From assembly GCA_021777565.1 (NCBI GenBank), contig JAJYDJ010000004.1, forward strand, positions 100,077 through 140,642: a stretch of 40,566 nt of DNA. The letters run 5' to 3'. Under the pieces are notes generated by a model. It saw only the letters and a program-made list of their open reading frames with translations, was not told where the DNA came from and ran no database searches. Made by a program: the position numbers and the translations under genes. This DNA is from a bacterium (GTDB lineage: Bacteria > Patescibacteriota > Microgenomatia > Levybacterales > UBA12049). Shown here piece after piece: positions 25,607 through 34,720 of this stretch (within the stretch, counting starts at the first letter, position 1; every line of letters begins with the position of its first letter).

Positions 25607-26701
25607 ATGATAGAAGCCCCAATATTCTCATTGAACTTGGGACCTCATAACCGTACAGAATCTAGAGCACAAGATAACGATACGCTTCAACAGGTCATCA
25701 TGAACGTTGCCACCGGACGATATAGGCTTGGAATAGTTCGAGATGGAGAACTAGTACAACAAGTACGAGTCGGCCTTGGCGTCACGATCCCAGCAAATGA
25801 AGCAGGCTTAGAAGAAGTTCCATACGGCCTCACATCTTTACAATTTCCACTCCAGAGAGATGGGGAACGTCTGGCTTTAATGGTTGATCTTGGCATAGCC
25901 GAAGCAGCTCTCCAGATGTACATCTCTGAAAGATATACGACCCAATATGGAGTAAGAGAATTATCATTCTATGATCAGGAGCTTCTACTCAAAACTTTTG
26001 CAATCATTGATTTAGCTCTCCAACATAGCCTTTTTGTCGACACGCAAGGTGATACGCCTGTCAGACTCTCGCTCAAGCGTACCAGACTTACTGACTCACT
26101 GCGCAGAGAGCTTGAAAAAACTATTGCAGAGATACGACCTGATTTTTTAACGAACCCGATATCACATGTGAGATGGCTTACCGCACATTTCCCACGATCA
26201 AATACGGTTATTGGTTCAACAACCGGAGATGAAGACAGGGATAGGCAAGTCAATCCTGCGATCGCTGACGCCTTAAAAAGCAGTGACCATGTCAGTGGCA
26301 GGGACCAACTCCATCGTACCCTTGCTCTCATTCGTGCAGACTCTGCCAGAAGGCAAGCAGACCTACGTGAGAGAGAATTGCATGCACCAGCAAGTTTGGA
26401 TGAAGAAGACGAGGATGGGCTTAGCCTACATGGGGTAATTGCCTATACCGCGCCTACTCAACCAGTAAATGACGAACAAGTAAGAGAACAACTTATCGGG
26501 TATGGTCTCGATCAGTTCCACGTTAATCTGATACTTGACCACTATCTTGATGGTCTTACCTATCAAGAGCTCGACGGTAGATATGGTCTCAAAAAAGGCC
26601 AGGCATCAGCCATGGTTCGGGCACTTATCAAAGACCAGACCTTTATGACCCAGCTCCACGCCTATATCGCAAGCCGCGTAGACCTGAGAAGAACAAGCTA
26701 A
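25607..26701 (+). CDS. Hypothetical protein with sigma-factor-like C-terminal regions
   Basis: RTRLTDSLRRE (region 2-like), ASLDEEDEDGLSL (region 3.2-like), L....LILDHYLDGLTYQEL...YGL (region 4 HTH-like). Confidence 0.5.
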   Translation: MIEAPIFSLNLGPHNRTESRAQDNDTLQQVIMNVATGRYRLGIVRDGELVQQVRVGLGVTIPANEAGLEEVPYGLTSLQFPLQRDGERLALMVDLGIAEAALQMYISERYTTQYGVRELSFYDQELLLKTFAIIDLALQHSLFVDTQGDTPVRLSLKRTRLTDSLRRELEKTIAEIRPDFLTNPISHVRWLTAHFPRSNTVIGSTTGDEDRDRQVNPAIADALKSSDHVSGRDQLHRTLALIRADSARRQADLRERELHAPASLDEEDEDGLSLHGVIAYTAPTQPVNDEQVREQLIGYGLDQFHVNLILDHYLDGLTYQELDGRYGLKKGQASAMVRALIKDQTFMTQLHAYIASRVDLRRTS

Positions 26702-26740
26702 ACTGTTGTTAATATCACAAGGAACCGGTAAAATACCTTC

Positions 26741-27607
26741 ATGTGGCTTATTTTATCCTTTATTAACGCTGCGATGACCGGGTTGCAAAACGCATACTTT
26801 AAAAAACGTGACGTGCAAATTTCACCGATACTAATGGCCTGGAGTGTTTTAGTTGTCTCTTCAATTCTTTTCTCGCCACTCTTTCTTCTTGGCATCCCTC
26901 ATTTAAATCATACTTTTTGGGTTGCCGTATTTTGGCGATTAATTATCGACTCACTCGCATTTACTCTCTATATTAAAGGCGTACAGATGTCTCCACTTTC
27001 ACTCACTGCACCTATGCTCTCACTCACAACTCTTTTTGTACTCATTACGCAATTCCTCATTGATCATCTAGTGCCGACACCAATCGGTGTGGTAGGAGTA
27101 ATCGTCATCGTTATAGGAATATACATACTCCACTTTGACCATGACACAAAGCATATTCTTTCGCCATTCAAGGCAATCATCAGAGAGAGGGGAGTACTTA
27201 TTGTCAGTATTGCAGCAATTTTGTGGAGTTTTGTTGTGGCGTTTCAAAAGCTTGGCGTTGATAACTCAAATCCATATTTCTACACTGCGTTTTTTCAACT
27301 CTTTTGGGCTATATGCTTTACCCCAGTTGCTATCTTTACTCACAGAAAAGAATTTTTAAGCATTTTAAATTTTAAAATGGCAAAAAAACTTTTCCCAGCA
27401 GGAGCATTTGATGCAATGCAAGTTTTTCCACAATATGTTGCCTATGCACTGGCATTACCCGTATACGTAAACGCAGTAGGAAACACACAAATTTTATTCT
27501 CTTCAATCTTTGGATGGTTCTTTTATAAAGAGAAACTTGAAAAACATATCATTCCAACAATCTTGATCGTCATAGGAGTCGTTCTCGTAACAATTGCCCA
27601 AAAGTAA
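26741..27607 (+). CDS. EamA/DMT-family transporter
   Basis: About 10 TM helices in two repeats; SPLS..AP, G..F.KEK. Confidence 0.85.
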   Translation: MWLILSFINAAMTGLQNAYFKKRDVQISPILMAWSVLVVSSILFSPLFLLGIPHLNHTFWVAVFWRLIIDSLAFTLYIKGVQMSPLSLTAPMLSLTTLFVLITQFLIDHLVPTPIGVVGVIVIVIGIYILHFDHDTKHILSPFKAIIRERGVLIVSIAAILWSFVVAFQKLGVDNSNPYFYTAFFQLFWAICFTPVAIFTHRKEFLSILNFKMAKKLFPAGAFDAMQVFPQYVAYALALPVYVNAVGNTQILFSSIFGWFFYKEKLEKHIIPTILIVIGVVLVTIAQK

Positions 27608-27666
27608 TACTACTTCTTATACATATTGATAACACTCTCCAAATCTCGTAAACTACAGGACACAAT

Positions 27667-28371
27667 ATGGCGACTGAAACAGAGCAAATAGTCGAATCAG
27701 AGGGAGAGGTATTCGCAGAAGGATATAGTGGAGAGGTGCGTCGTGCTCCTCAAGCACCCGGATACTGCTATAAAGTCCCGAAACTACAAGGAACTCCTGC
27801 TCGCGAGATGATAAATCAAGAGAAAGCCACGCATGATCTCTTAGTATCATTAGGAGTTTCTACAATTCCTGAGTACGAGATTGAGGAATTTCGTTATGTA
27901 AATGCACGAGGAAGGCTAGCCATTGGAGTCAGGGCACGTATGACCGATCTTTCCCAGGGTGGAAGAAATCTGGTCTGCTCTCTTCCTGATCTTGTGCAGC
28001 TTAAACAAGCAGATGTGAGACTCTACGCTGATCTCGCAGCAATAACCCGCACGCGACCAGTCTATAACGCACCAGAATTCTTTGCGCAACTGGGCGAGAT
28101 TATTCGCCTCACTCGTCAGGCTGGTATTACTGTAAGTACCGGATTCATGCTGGTGGCGACTCATGAGGGAAGGCTGAGCACCGTAGTGGGAGATTATGAG
28201 GATGGGGTAAACCTTCATGCCACTGCATGGGGAATCGAGCAAGGATGGTATTCATCGGTGGAACGATATACTATGCAGGTTATCGAGCTTTTCCCACAGA
28301 TGAGAGAGCAGGGGATGCACTTTATTCAGGAAATGATGGAAGAGATGAAGAGATCTATTGCACAAAAATAA
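27667..28371 (+). CDS. Hypothetical protein with protein-kinase-like N-lobe
   Basis: FAEGYSGEV Gly loop, CYK, helix-C E, VGDYE (DFG-like); no HxD catalytic loop seen. Confidence 0.5.
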   Translation: MATETEQIVESEGEVFAEGYSGEVRRAPQAPGYCYKVPKLQGTPAREMINQEKATHDLLVSLGVSTIPEYEIEEFRYVNARGRLAIGVRARMTDLSQGGRNLVCSLPDLVQLKQADVRLYADLAAITRTRPVYNAPEFFAQLGEIIRLTRQAGITVSTGFMLVATHEGRLSTVVGDYEDGVNLHATAWGIEQGWYSSVERYTMQVIELFPQMREQGMHFIQEMMEEMKRSIAQK

Positions 28372-28374
28372 TCC

Positions 28375-28986
28375 TTACAATGGCCTGAGAATTCTACTTA
28401 CTTGATCCATAGGCGTCCCTATCGAGAGGTTTGCAACGGGTATTTCAAACCAAAATTGTGCGCCATTTCCAGGTCCTTTGTTCTCAAATCCAAATACTGC
28501 GTCAAATTGTTCACCAGCTCTTCCTGCTGTTGCCAAAGCTTGACCAGCGCCTCCCAAGTGAGCATCTGATTTTGTTGACATAATACCGGCATGAAACAAA
28601 GCTGCGGTTTGAGACTCGTCAAGTCCGATGCCATTATCTTCCATAATAAATCTCAACTTGCCATCATGGAAGAGTATACGGATCCCAACAACCCCATCAA
28701 AATCTCCTAATGCCTGCTTTTTTGATCGTATACTGTCAGCACTGTTTGCAAAATAGGCAAGACCAGTGTTGATAATAAAGCTGGCAGCATCATATGAGAC
28801 ATCTCGAATAAGACCTTGATCAATAAGAGCTGATCTCACTGTATCTGTAATAGCACCTCTGTGGTGACGAAAAGCGGTAGTGGGTTCTGTGTACCAAGGT
28901 TCATCAATCGGTATTTGAAGTGCATAGAGTGTGGTTTCATCTTCTGGAGAATGTTCAATGTGTATGGATTGTTCCCATTCGTACAT
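28375..28986 (-). CDS. Stand-alone GHKL (HATPase_c) domain protein
   Basis: N box ANSADS, G1 EDNGIG, F box LF...STK, G2 GGAGQAL, GAQFWFEIP; no sensor or HisKA domain. Confidence 0.75.
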   Translation of the reverse strand: MYEWEQSIHIEHSPEDETTLYALQIPIDEPWYTEPTTAFRHHRGAITDTVRSALIDQGLIRDVSYDAASFIINTGLAYFANSADSIRSKKQALGDFDGVVGIRILFHDGKLRFIMEDNGIGLDESQTAALFHAGIMSTKSDAHLGGAGQALATAGRAGEQFDAVFGFENKGPGNGAQFWFEIPVANLSIGTPMDQVSRILRPL

Positions 28987-29089
28987 ATTATGGAGAGTAA
29001 TGCGAGAATGAGTTGCGAGTTTTTTGTTTTTTTTGAGACAAATACCACTTTCGTGGAGAGAGTGGGTACTGTGGGGGGGCTAAACTAAC

Positions 29090-29260
29090 TTACTTCAGAG
29101 GGCCAGCAGTCGCTGCCATGATGATCCCGACGACGAACGCTAAGACGAGAAAGAGTGAACCTCCTCCCTTGAGAAACTTTAACCGTTTCCACAGAGAGAG
29201 TAGGAAGCACCCACCGCTCAGGCCGACACAGACGAACCAGATGATCAGTAACACCGTCAT
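29090..29260 (-). CDS. Small two-TM membrane protein (56 aa)
   Basis: MTVLLIIWFVCVGLSGGCFLLSLWKRLKFLKGGGSLFLVLAFVVGIIMAATAGPLK; AAGGAG SD 7 nt upstream of ATG 29260. Confidence 0.6.
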   Translation of the reverse strand: MTVLLIIWFVCVGLSGGCFLLSLWKRLKFLKGGGSLFLVLAFVVGIIMAATAGPLK

Positions 29261-29440
29261 GTTTCTGCTCCTTTCTCCCCCCCACAGAGCCACCGCCCAA
29301 ATTACTTTAGACTGTCGCTCTGTGAGAGAGAGCACTATACCGATTCTCTACTCGCAACTTATTAAGGTACATTGAGATCAAATTCCTTGCATGTAAGGAA
29401 CGATCCGAGAATATGAGACAGTCGTCTTATATTCGACATC

Positions 29441-29469
29441 ATAGTAGTACAAATCTGAGAAATTGTCAA
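29441..29469 (-). promoter_or_regulatory. Sigma70 promoter
   Basis: Minus strand TTGACA (29469-29464), 17 nt, TACTAT (29446-29441). Confidence 0.55.
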
Positions 29470-29516
29470 GCCTATAATATAAAATAGCGAGGAAATGAGG
29501 CTAAGAAGTGACTGTG

Positions 29517-29589
29517 TCGGGGGTAAAGGACTCGAACCTTCGACCTCACGGTCCCAAACCGCGCGCTCTACCAACTGAGCTAACCCCCG
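29517..29589 (-). tRNA. tRNA-Pro (anticodon TGG); CCA not encoded
   Basis: CGGGGGT acceptor, AGCTCAGTTGGTAGAGC, CGCGG-TTTGGGA-CCGTG, GGTTCGAGTCC. Confidence 0.93.
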
Positions 29590-29982
29590 TAAGAAACCTA
29601 CGGCTAAGTATACCAGATTCTTGGCCAAATCAAAATGTGCACCATCAGGGATTATGTTTTACCCTCTCTGATTTCTAAAATAGATTTTAACGAAAAAGTG
29701 CACTTTTTCTGCTATCTTTCAGTTCAAGAAAAAGGGGAAGACAAACAACATCCTCAATCTCTTTTGAACATAGACCAGTAACCAGATTTAGCAACCTCTA
29801 TTTTATGCTATGATGCTACTTTCTACAAACAGTTTGTAAATGATTGCAGCATTGCTAATTACAACATCTTTTCTAGATGAATAAAAAGTACTCTTTGAAT
29901 CCATCCTTTGAACTCTGTATTTGCTATATTTTTCAAACAAAATTATACGCGTTCTTTCTGTAAGAAAGATATCTCTAGTGAA

Positions 29983-31746
29983 TCACTCTTGTTCTTCAAA
30001 AAAATCTCCTGGCTGAAAACTTGGGACGAGCGGATTCCCTGTAAAAACATTATTTTTCAATCCACTAGAACCTCCAGTAAAAGATGTATTCCCAATCATC
30101 CTCTGCAATACATTGTTTGTCATAATTTCCAATGCTTTTGATTCAGGAGTATTTTTTGTGACTCTAAAGTTAGTAAGCGCTGTTGACCAATTCATTGCGC
30201 CTGCATTAAATATAATATTTCCTGTTGGCAGTATATCGATAATAGCATTGGTTGTAAAAACTTTATTTCCATAGCCTATAAATGGTGAGTCACCAATAAT
30301 CGTTATTTTATCTTCTGGACTAATGTTTATATCATCAACAAATGTATCTGCTTCAACTCCTAGTATGCTTGGGATTTTATCTCCATCTTGCAAACCAGTT
30401 CCGTTATATATCCAATTAGAGGCGTTTTTTACAACGAAGTCTTGTTGTAGAGAAGTATTGCCTGTACCATAAATCCACTCTTCTTTAATTGTTTTATTTT
30501 CAGGATTATTAACTGGGGTTGCTCTCCATTGAGTTGTAGTTAGATATTGTAACGGGTTAGATGCAACATCATATGGATCGTATGGAGTAGGATTAATCGC
30601 GTCCTTGTATTCAACAATATATCTGTTTTGTTGGTTATTGGAATCAGGTAAATTTCTTATTTGCCAATACATACTATTGCCTCCAAAGAATCCGACGTTT
30701 AGTCCCTTTGCTATTCCTAGGTCAAGCTTATTTCTTTCAGAAAGCGACCAATATTCATCGTGTCCCATGGAAATAAAACCTTTATAGTTAGTTAAATTTG
30801 TTTGCCCTAACGCCACTGCATTATTAGTTGTGTATGTCACATCGTAGCCTTGTTGTTCAAGGAATCGTGCCATTGGATAACCCCAATTAAACAGAAATCC
30901 TACACCTCCTCGCACGGTATACGGTCTATTATACGAGGCTATAAATGCCCAGTAGGGATTGGTGGAGCATTTTCCCGTTGATGGACATAAACGATAATTA
31001 ATATATAGAGACGTTCCCCCCCAGTAATTATATGCCTGATCTGTATTAAATGGATACTGAAGTACTAAGTCTGCTTTTCGAGAGTCATCTCTTACTATGA
31101 AAGGAGCTTCCCATTGATACCCGTGATGGGTCTCTGTAACCTTTACAAGGTAAATTCCACTGAGAAGTGTATTTGTTGGTATTGCCAATGGATTTCTCCA
31201 ATTTGCATCACTTATATACGTCTCATTCCCTTTGCTATCTTTCAAACTTGTAATAAATTGACATGTGCCTCCAGTTGGGCAAATAGGATATGCTGCATTT
31301 TCAGATTGATCATAATATCCTTGCTGTAAAGCTGTTCTATAGGTACTACGCCACTCAAATCGTCCTCCTTTTCCACCATAATATCCCAAACGATAGAGCG
31401 AGTATGTGTATCTATCATTTGGTTCTTTTACACTCACATATAAAAGTTCATGTTCACCCTTATTAACACTATCTTTTCCTACGTATGCCTGAATCTCGCC
31501 GTGAGGAGCAACATTTGTCATTTGCCAATCAGTTGTACCTGGAAGTGCATTCTCTAACTGTATTAAGTTTTGTGATGTCCTCACCCCCAAAACATTTCCG
31601 ACCAATCCACTTGATGAAAAGAAGTTTAAAATATAGATTCTCTCGCAAGTGATAAATACGATCAATATAATAAGCAAAGCCAAGATAAGATACTTAATAT
31701 TGTATGTTTTGATATTAAGCTTTTGTTTCTTTTTCTTTCTTCCCAT
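29983..31746 (-). CDS. Membrane-anchored N,N-dimethylformamidase beta-subunit-like (DUF6605-type) protein
   Basis: EN..PGT..W, YRLG.YGG.G.R, QAYN.WGG.SLY, SY.RPY, GHDEYWS, F.GGN..YWQ.R; N-terminal basic stretch plus TM. Confidence 0.8.
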   Translation of the reverse strand: MGRKKKKQKLNIKTYNIKYLILALLIILIVFITCERIYILNFFSSSGLVGNVLGVRTSQNLIQLENALPGTTDWQMTNVAPHGEIQAYVGKDSVNKGEHELLYVSVKEPNDRYTYSLYRLGYYGGKGGRFEWRSTYRTALQQGYYDQSENAAYPICPTGGTCQFITSLKDSKGNETYISDANWRNPLAIPTNTLLSGIYLVKVTETHHGYQWEAPFIVRDDSRKADLVLQYPFNTDQAYNYWGGTSLYINYRLCPSTGKCSTNPYWAFIASYNRPYTVRGGVGFLFNWGYPMARFLEQQGYDVTYTTNNAVALGQTNLTNYKGFISMGHDEYWSLSERNKLDLGIAKGLNVGFFGGNSMYWQIRNLPDSNNQQNRYIVEYKDAINPTPYDPYDVASNPLQYLTTTQWRATPVNNPENKTIKEEWIYGTGNTSLQQDFVVKNASNWIYNGTGLQDGDKIPSILGVEADTFVDDINISPEDKITIIGDSPFIGYGNKVFTTNAIIDILPTGNIIFNAGAMNWSTALTNFRVTKNTPESKALEIMTNNVLQRMIGNTSFTGGSSGLKNNVFTGNPLVPSFQPGDFFEEQE

Positions 31747-32004
31747 ATATTCATTATATGGGTCATTATCTTTTTTTCAATAGTTCTTATTTTGAGAAAT
31801 GGGAACTCAGAAGAAAAATGAATCATCTTCAGCTCAGTCGGCTCGAAACTGATCTTACTAGATCAAAATTACACTTCCAGATTCGATGTTTGTTTTCAAT
31901 ATAAAAATTGGGGCAAAACGTACGGAAGATGAATTGAACAAGATCGAACCCAGAAACTGATTATCAAATCTATCCAATCTAAAAAATTATTAAAAAATTC
32001 TGTA

Positions 32005-32090
32005 TGGTGCCGCGGGGGGGACTCGAACCCCCACGCCGGTAAAGGCAAGGGCTCTTAAGGCCCCCGTGTCTACCATTTCACCACCGCGGC
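32005..32090 (-). tRNA. tRNA-Leu (anticodon TAA), CCA encoded
   Basis: GCCGCGG acceptor, GGTGAAATGGTAGACAC, GGGGC-CTTAAGA-GCCCT, long variable arm, GGTTCGAGTCC. Confidence 0.93.
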
Positions 32091-32182
32091 GTACTTGTAT
32101 TTTACCTGTATCTGCCTCATTCTTCAACTTATCCTTCTTATATTGACAGGCATCCCATAATATGGTACTTTACAGACATCCT

Positions 32183-32695
32183 ATGAACACGCGAAAACAA
32201 CTCATTGTATCCATGCTCACACTAGCCTGTGTATTCACAGCCGCCACCGTACTTCCAGGGTCTGCTTTGGCCAACGATGAGCATCACACCAATCAAAATT
32301 GTGGCAATAACAACGAAAATAGCAACTGCAATACGAACAATAACAACAACTCAAGCTCATCCAACAGTTCTAGTTCATCCTCAAGTTCTAGTTCTTCATC
32401 CAGTTCAAGTAACTCCTATAGTTATGTCAATAACAGTGGCAACAACACAGTCGACGGCAGTGGGAATAGTAATAACTCAAATACCTTTAATCCAACTATT
32501 GATGTCACTAGTAACAATACCAATACCGTTACGGTTCCATCCCAAGTAGTCTATGGTTCTTATGCAGGCAATGTCCAAGTACAACCAGCTGCACAGGCAA
32601 CCTCACTTCCTAAGACTGGGCCTGAAGATTTAGGATTTCTTGTTACGATGATCCCATTTGGCGCATTTATTAAGCGCTTTACCAAACTTGCCTAA
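32183..32695 (+). CDS. Secreted Asn/Ser-rich low-complexity protein with C-terminal LPKTG motif
   Basis: Signal peptide ending ALA; N/S tracts; LPKTGP, hydrophobic stretch and KRFTK tail. Start ATG 32183 or 32162. Confidence 0.7.
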   Translation: MNTRKQLIVSMLTLACVFTAATVLPGSALANDEHHTNQNCGNNNENSNCNTNNNNNSSSSNSSSSSSSSSSSSSSSNSYSYVNNSGNNTVDGSGNSNNSNTFNPTIDVTSNNTNTVTVPSQVVYGSYAGNVQVQPAAQATSLPKTGPEDLGFLVTMIPFGAFIKRFTKLA

Positions 32696-32698
32696 CGG

Positions 32699-33655
32699 TT
32701 ACCCGTGGCGAGGCGGAGTAACGCCTTCTTCCTTCAGTACATAATCCAGCAAATCCTTCATTTCACCTCTCCTATCATCACTATTGAGCACCACGGCGAT
32801 GATCTTGTGCCCCTGATAATCTAAATACGTCACCAAACACATGCCTGCCTCAGGCGTGTAACCGGTTTTGACCCCTTTGACCCCAGGATAGGAAGTAAGC
32901 AGGTTGGTTTCATTCTCGATGTAGTACGCTTTGTGCGTATCTGTCTGGTCAAGATTGATATATGTTGTTGCGGCGATATCACGAAACTCAGGGAAACCTG
33001 TGAGCGCGTAGTGTGTCATGACCAGTAAATCATACGCAGTTGTATGCTGGTCACCATCACCTTGCAAGCCCGTAGGGTTGGTAAAGTGCGTATCACTCAG
33101 CCCCAGGCTTTTTGCCTTCTGATTCATAACGTCCACAAAGGTATTACGCCCCCAGGGAGAATCCGTGGCCAGTGTCTCGGCCGCATCATTACCCGAGTTC
33201 AGGATAAGCCCATACAAAAGCTCTTTTTTTGACAAGACTTCACCAGCTGAGAGCCCCATACTGTCTTCACCAACGATATTGGCAGGCTGGACGACATACC
33301 GATCATCCTGGCGAGGATGCTCCAGGGTGAGAATTGCGGTCATAATTTTAGTGAGTGATGCCATAGGCATTTGCTGAGAAATGTTATCGCTATAGAGAAA
33401 CTTATTCTCTGTCATGTCATAAGCAAGAGCACTACGAGCAGTAAGCCCCAGTGGATTACTACTGATAGGCGGCTTTTCAGGAAGCCATAGAGAAAGAGAG
33501 GTTACTGAGGTATTATCGGTAGCTGACAGATAGGAAGGAAGCGGGGAAGTAGGCGAAATAGGATTGGGAGCCGCAAGTAGATAGGACTTTGCCGCAGCAG
33601 AGGCACAACTTATCAAGATAACCAGTATCAAAAAGAGCAGTTTTTTTGCTGACAT
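32699..33655 (-). CDS. dacA: D-alanyl-D-alanine carboxypeptidase (peptidase S11)
   Basis: ASLTKIMT (SxxK), SGNDAA (SxN), NPTGL, KTGYT..AG. Start is probably ATG 33655. Confidence 0.9.
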   Translation of the reverse strand: MSAKKLLFLILVILISCASAAAKSYLLAAPNPISPTSPLPSYLSATDNTSVTSLSLWLPEKPPISSNPLGLTARSALAYDMTENKFLYSDNISQQMPMASLTKIMTAILTLEHPRQDDRYVVQPANIVGEDSMGLSAGEVLSKKELLYGLILNSGNDAAETLATDSPWGRNTFVDVMNQKAKSLGLSDTHFTNPTGLQGDGDQHTTAYDLLVMTHYALTGFPEFRDIAATTYINLDQTDTHKAYYIENETNLLTSYPGVKGVKTGYTPEAGMCLVTYLDYQGHKIIAVVLNSDDRRGEMKDLLDYVLKEEGVTPPRHG

Positions 33656-33739
33656 GACTCTTTCTATGCTACCGAGGATTTCTACCCCTTGCAAGAGGTG
33701 CATGAGGCTTTTTGATCCATTATCAGGTATAATACAGAT

Positions 33740-34720
33740 ATGTTAGTCGATAACGTGAGTATTACCGTAAAAGCAGGCAATGGTGGAAATGGGTCCATGC
33801 ATTTCCTTCGCAATGCCCAAACCCGCAAGGGTGGGCCAGATGGTGGCAATGGAGGCAATGGGGGGAGTGTCTATCTGCAAGGCGTTGATGATATCCTCGG
33901 ACTTGCGCAATTTCGCTTCAGAAAAGAACTCGCTGCTGAAGATGGTATAAGTGGAGGAGGGAAAAACCTCTTTGGGAGAAATGGGGATGATCTCACGATT
34001 TATCTGCCACTTGGGACCCAAGTCATGGATATCGAGACAGGGCAGACCTGGCAAATTGTTGATACGACCAGACCTATTCTTATAGCCCAAGGTGGTACTG
34101 GCGGACGAGGGAACAACGAGTTTAAAACCTCGACCAATCAAACTCCAACGTATGCTGAGAAAGGGACTCCTGGACAAGTAAGACAATTGCAACTTGATCT
34201 AAAAATTATTGCAGACATCGGACTTATTGGACTCCCTAATGCCGGCAAAAGTAGTCTTCTGGCAACTCTTACCAATGCTAATCCCAAGATTGGCAATTAT
34301 CCTTTTACCACGCTTGAGCCAAATCTTGGGGTACTTATCATGCAAGATAACAAACGTGTTGTTTTGGCAGATATCCCAGGGCTTATCGAAGGAGCATCTG
34401 CTGGTAAAGGGCTTGGGAGTGAGTTTTTACGCCACGTCGAGAAAACCAAATTTTTAGTACATTGTATTGATAGTAGTAGTGAAACAATTACCAGCGATTA
34501 TCAGACTATCAGGAAAGAATTAGAGAGTTATAGTGAGATCCTCGCCGCCAAACAAGAAGTTATTCTGCTCACTAAAACCGACCTTATATCACCTGAAGAA
34601 CTAGAGAAGAAAGTCCAAGAAGCGAAGAAATTAAACGAGAGAGTATATACGTTCTCTATTTATACCCCAAAGGAAACGCACCAACAGCTTGCAGCACTCT
34701 TCCAATCTCTTACACAGTAG
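33740..34720 (+). CDS. obgE: GTPase ObgE (no C-terminal OCT extension)
   Basis: Gly-rich Obg fold GGPDGGNGG, G1 GLPNAGKSS, YPFTTL.P, DIPG, TKTD. Confidence 0.96.
   Translation: MLVDNVSITVKAGNGGNGSMHFLRNAQTRKGGPDGGNGGNGGSVYLQGVDDILGLAQFRFRKELAAEDGISGGGKNLFGRNGDDLTIYLPLGTQVMDIETGQTWQIVDTTRPILIAQGGTGGRGNNEFKTSTNQTPTYAEKGTPGQVRQLQLDLKIIADIGLIGLPNAGKSSLLATLTNANPKIGNYPFTTLEPNLGVLIMQDNKRVVLADIPGLIEGASAGKGLGSEFLRHVEKTKFLVHCIDSSSETITSDYQTIRKELESYSEILAAKQEVILLTKTDLISPEELEKKVQEAKKLNERVYTFSIYTPKETHQQLAALFQSLTQ

Noticed and set aside
29362-29628. 88 aa minus-strand ORF
   Set aside because: Reads through tRNA-Pro; spurious.
31790-32000. Possible integrase remnant next to tRNA-Leu
   Set aside because: No convincing reading frame or recombinase motif found by eye.
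32290-32480. AAC/TCA-type short repeats as CRISPR or tandem array
   Set aside because: Low-complexity Asn/Ser codons within a CDS. No repeat-spacer array is seen anywhere in the window.
34710-34720. obgE/xth convergent overlap
   Set aside because: An 11 bp tail-to-tail overlap is ordinary in compact genomes.
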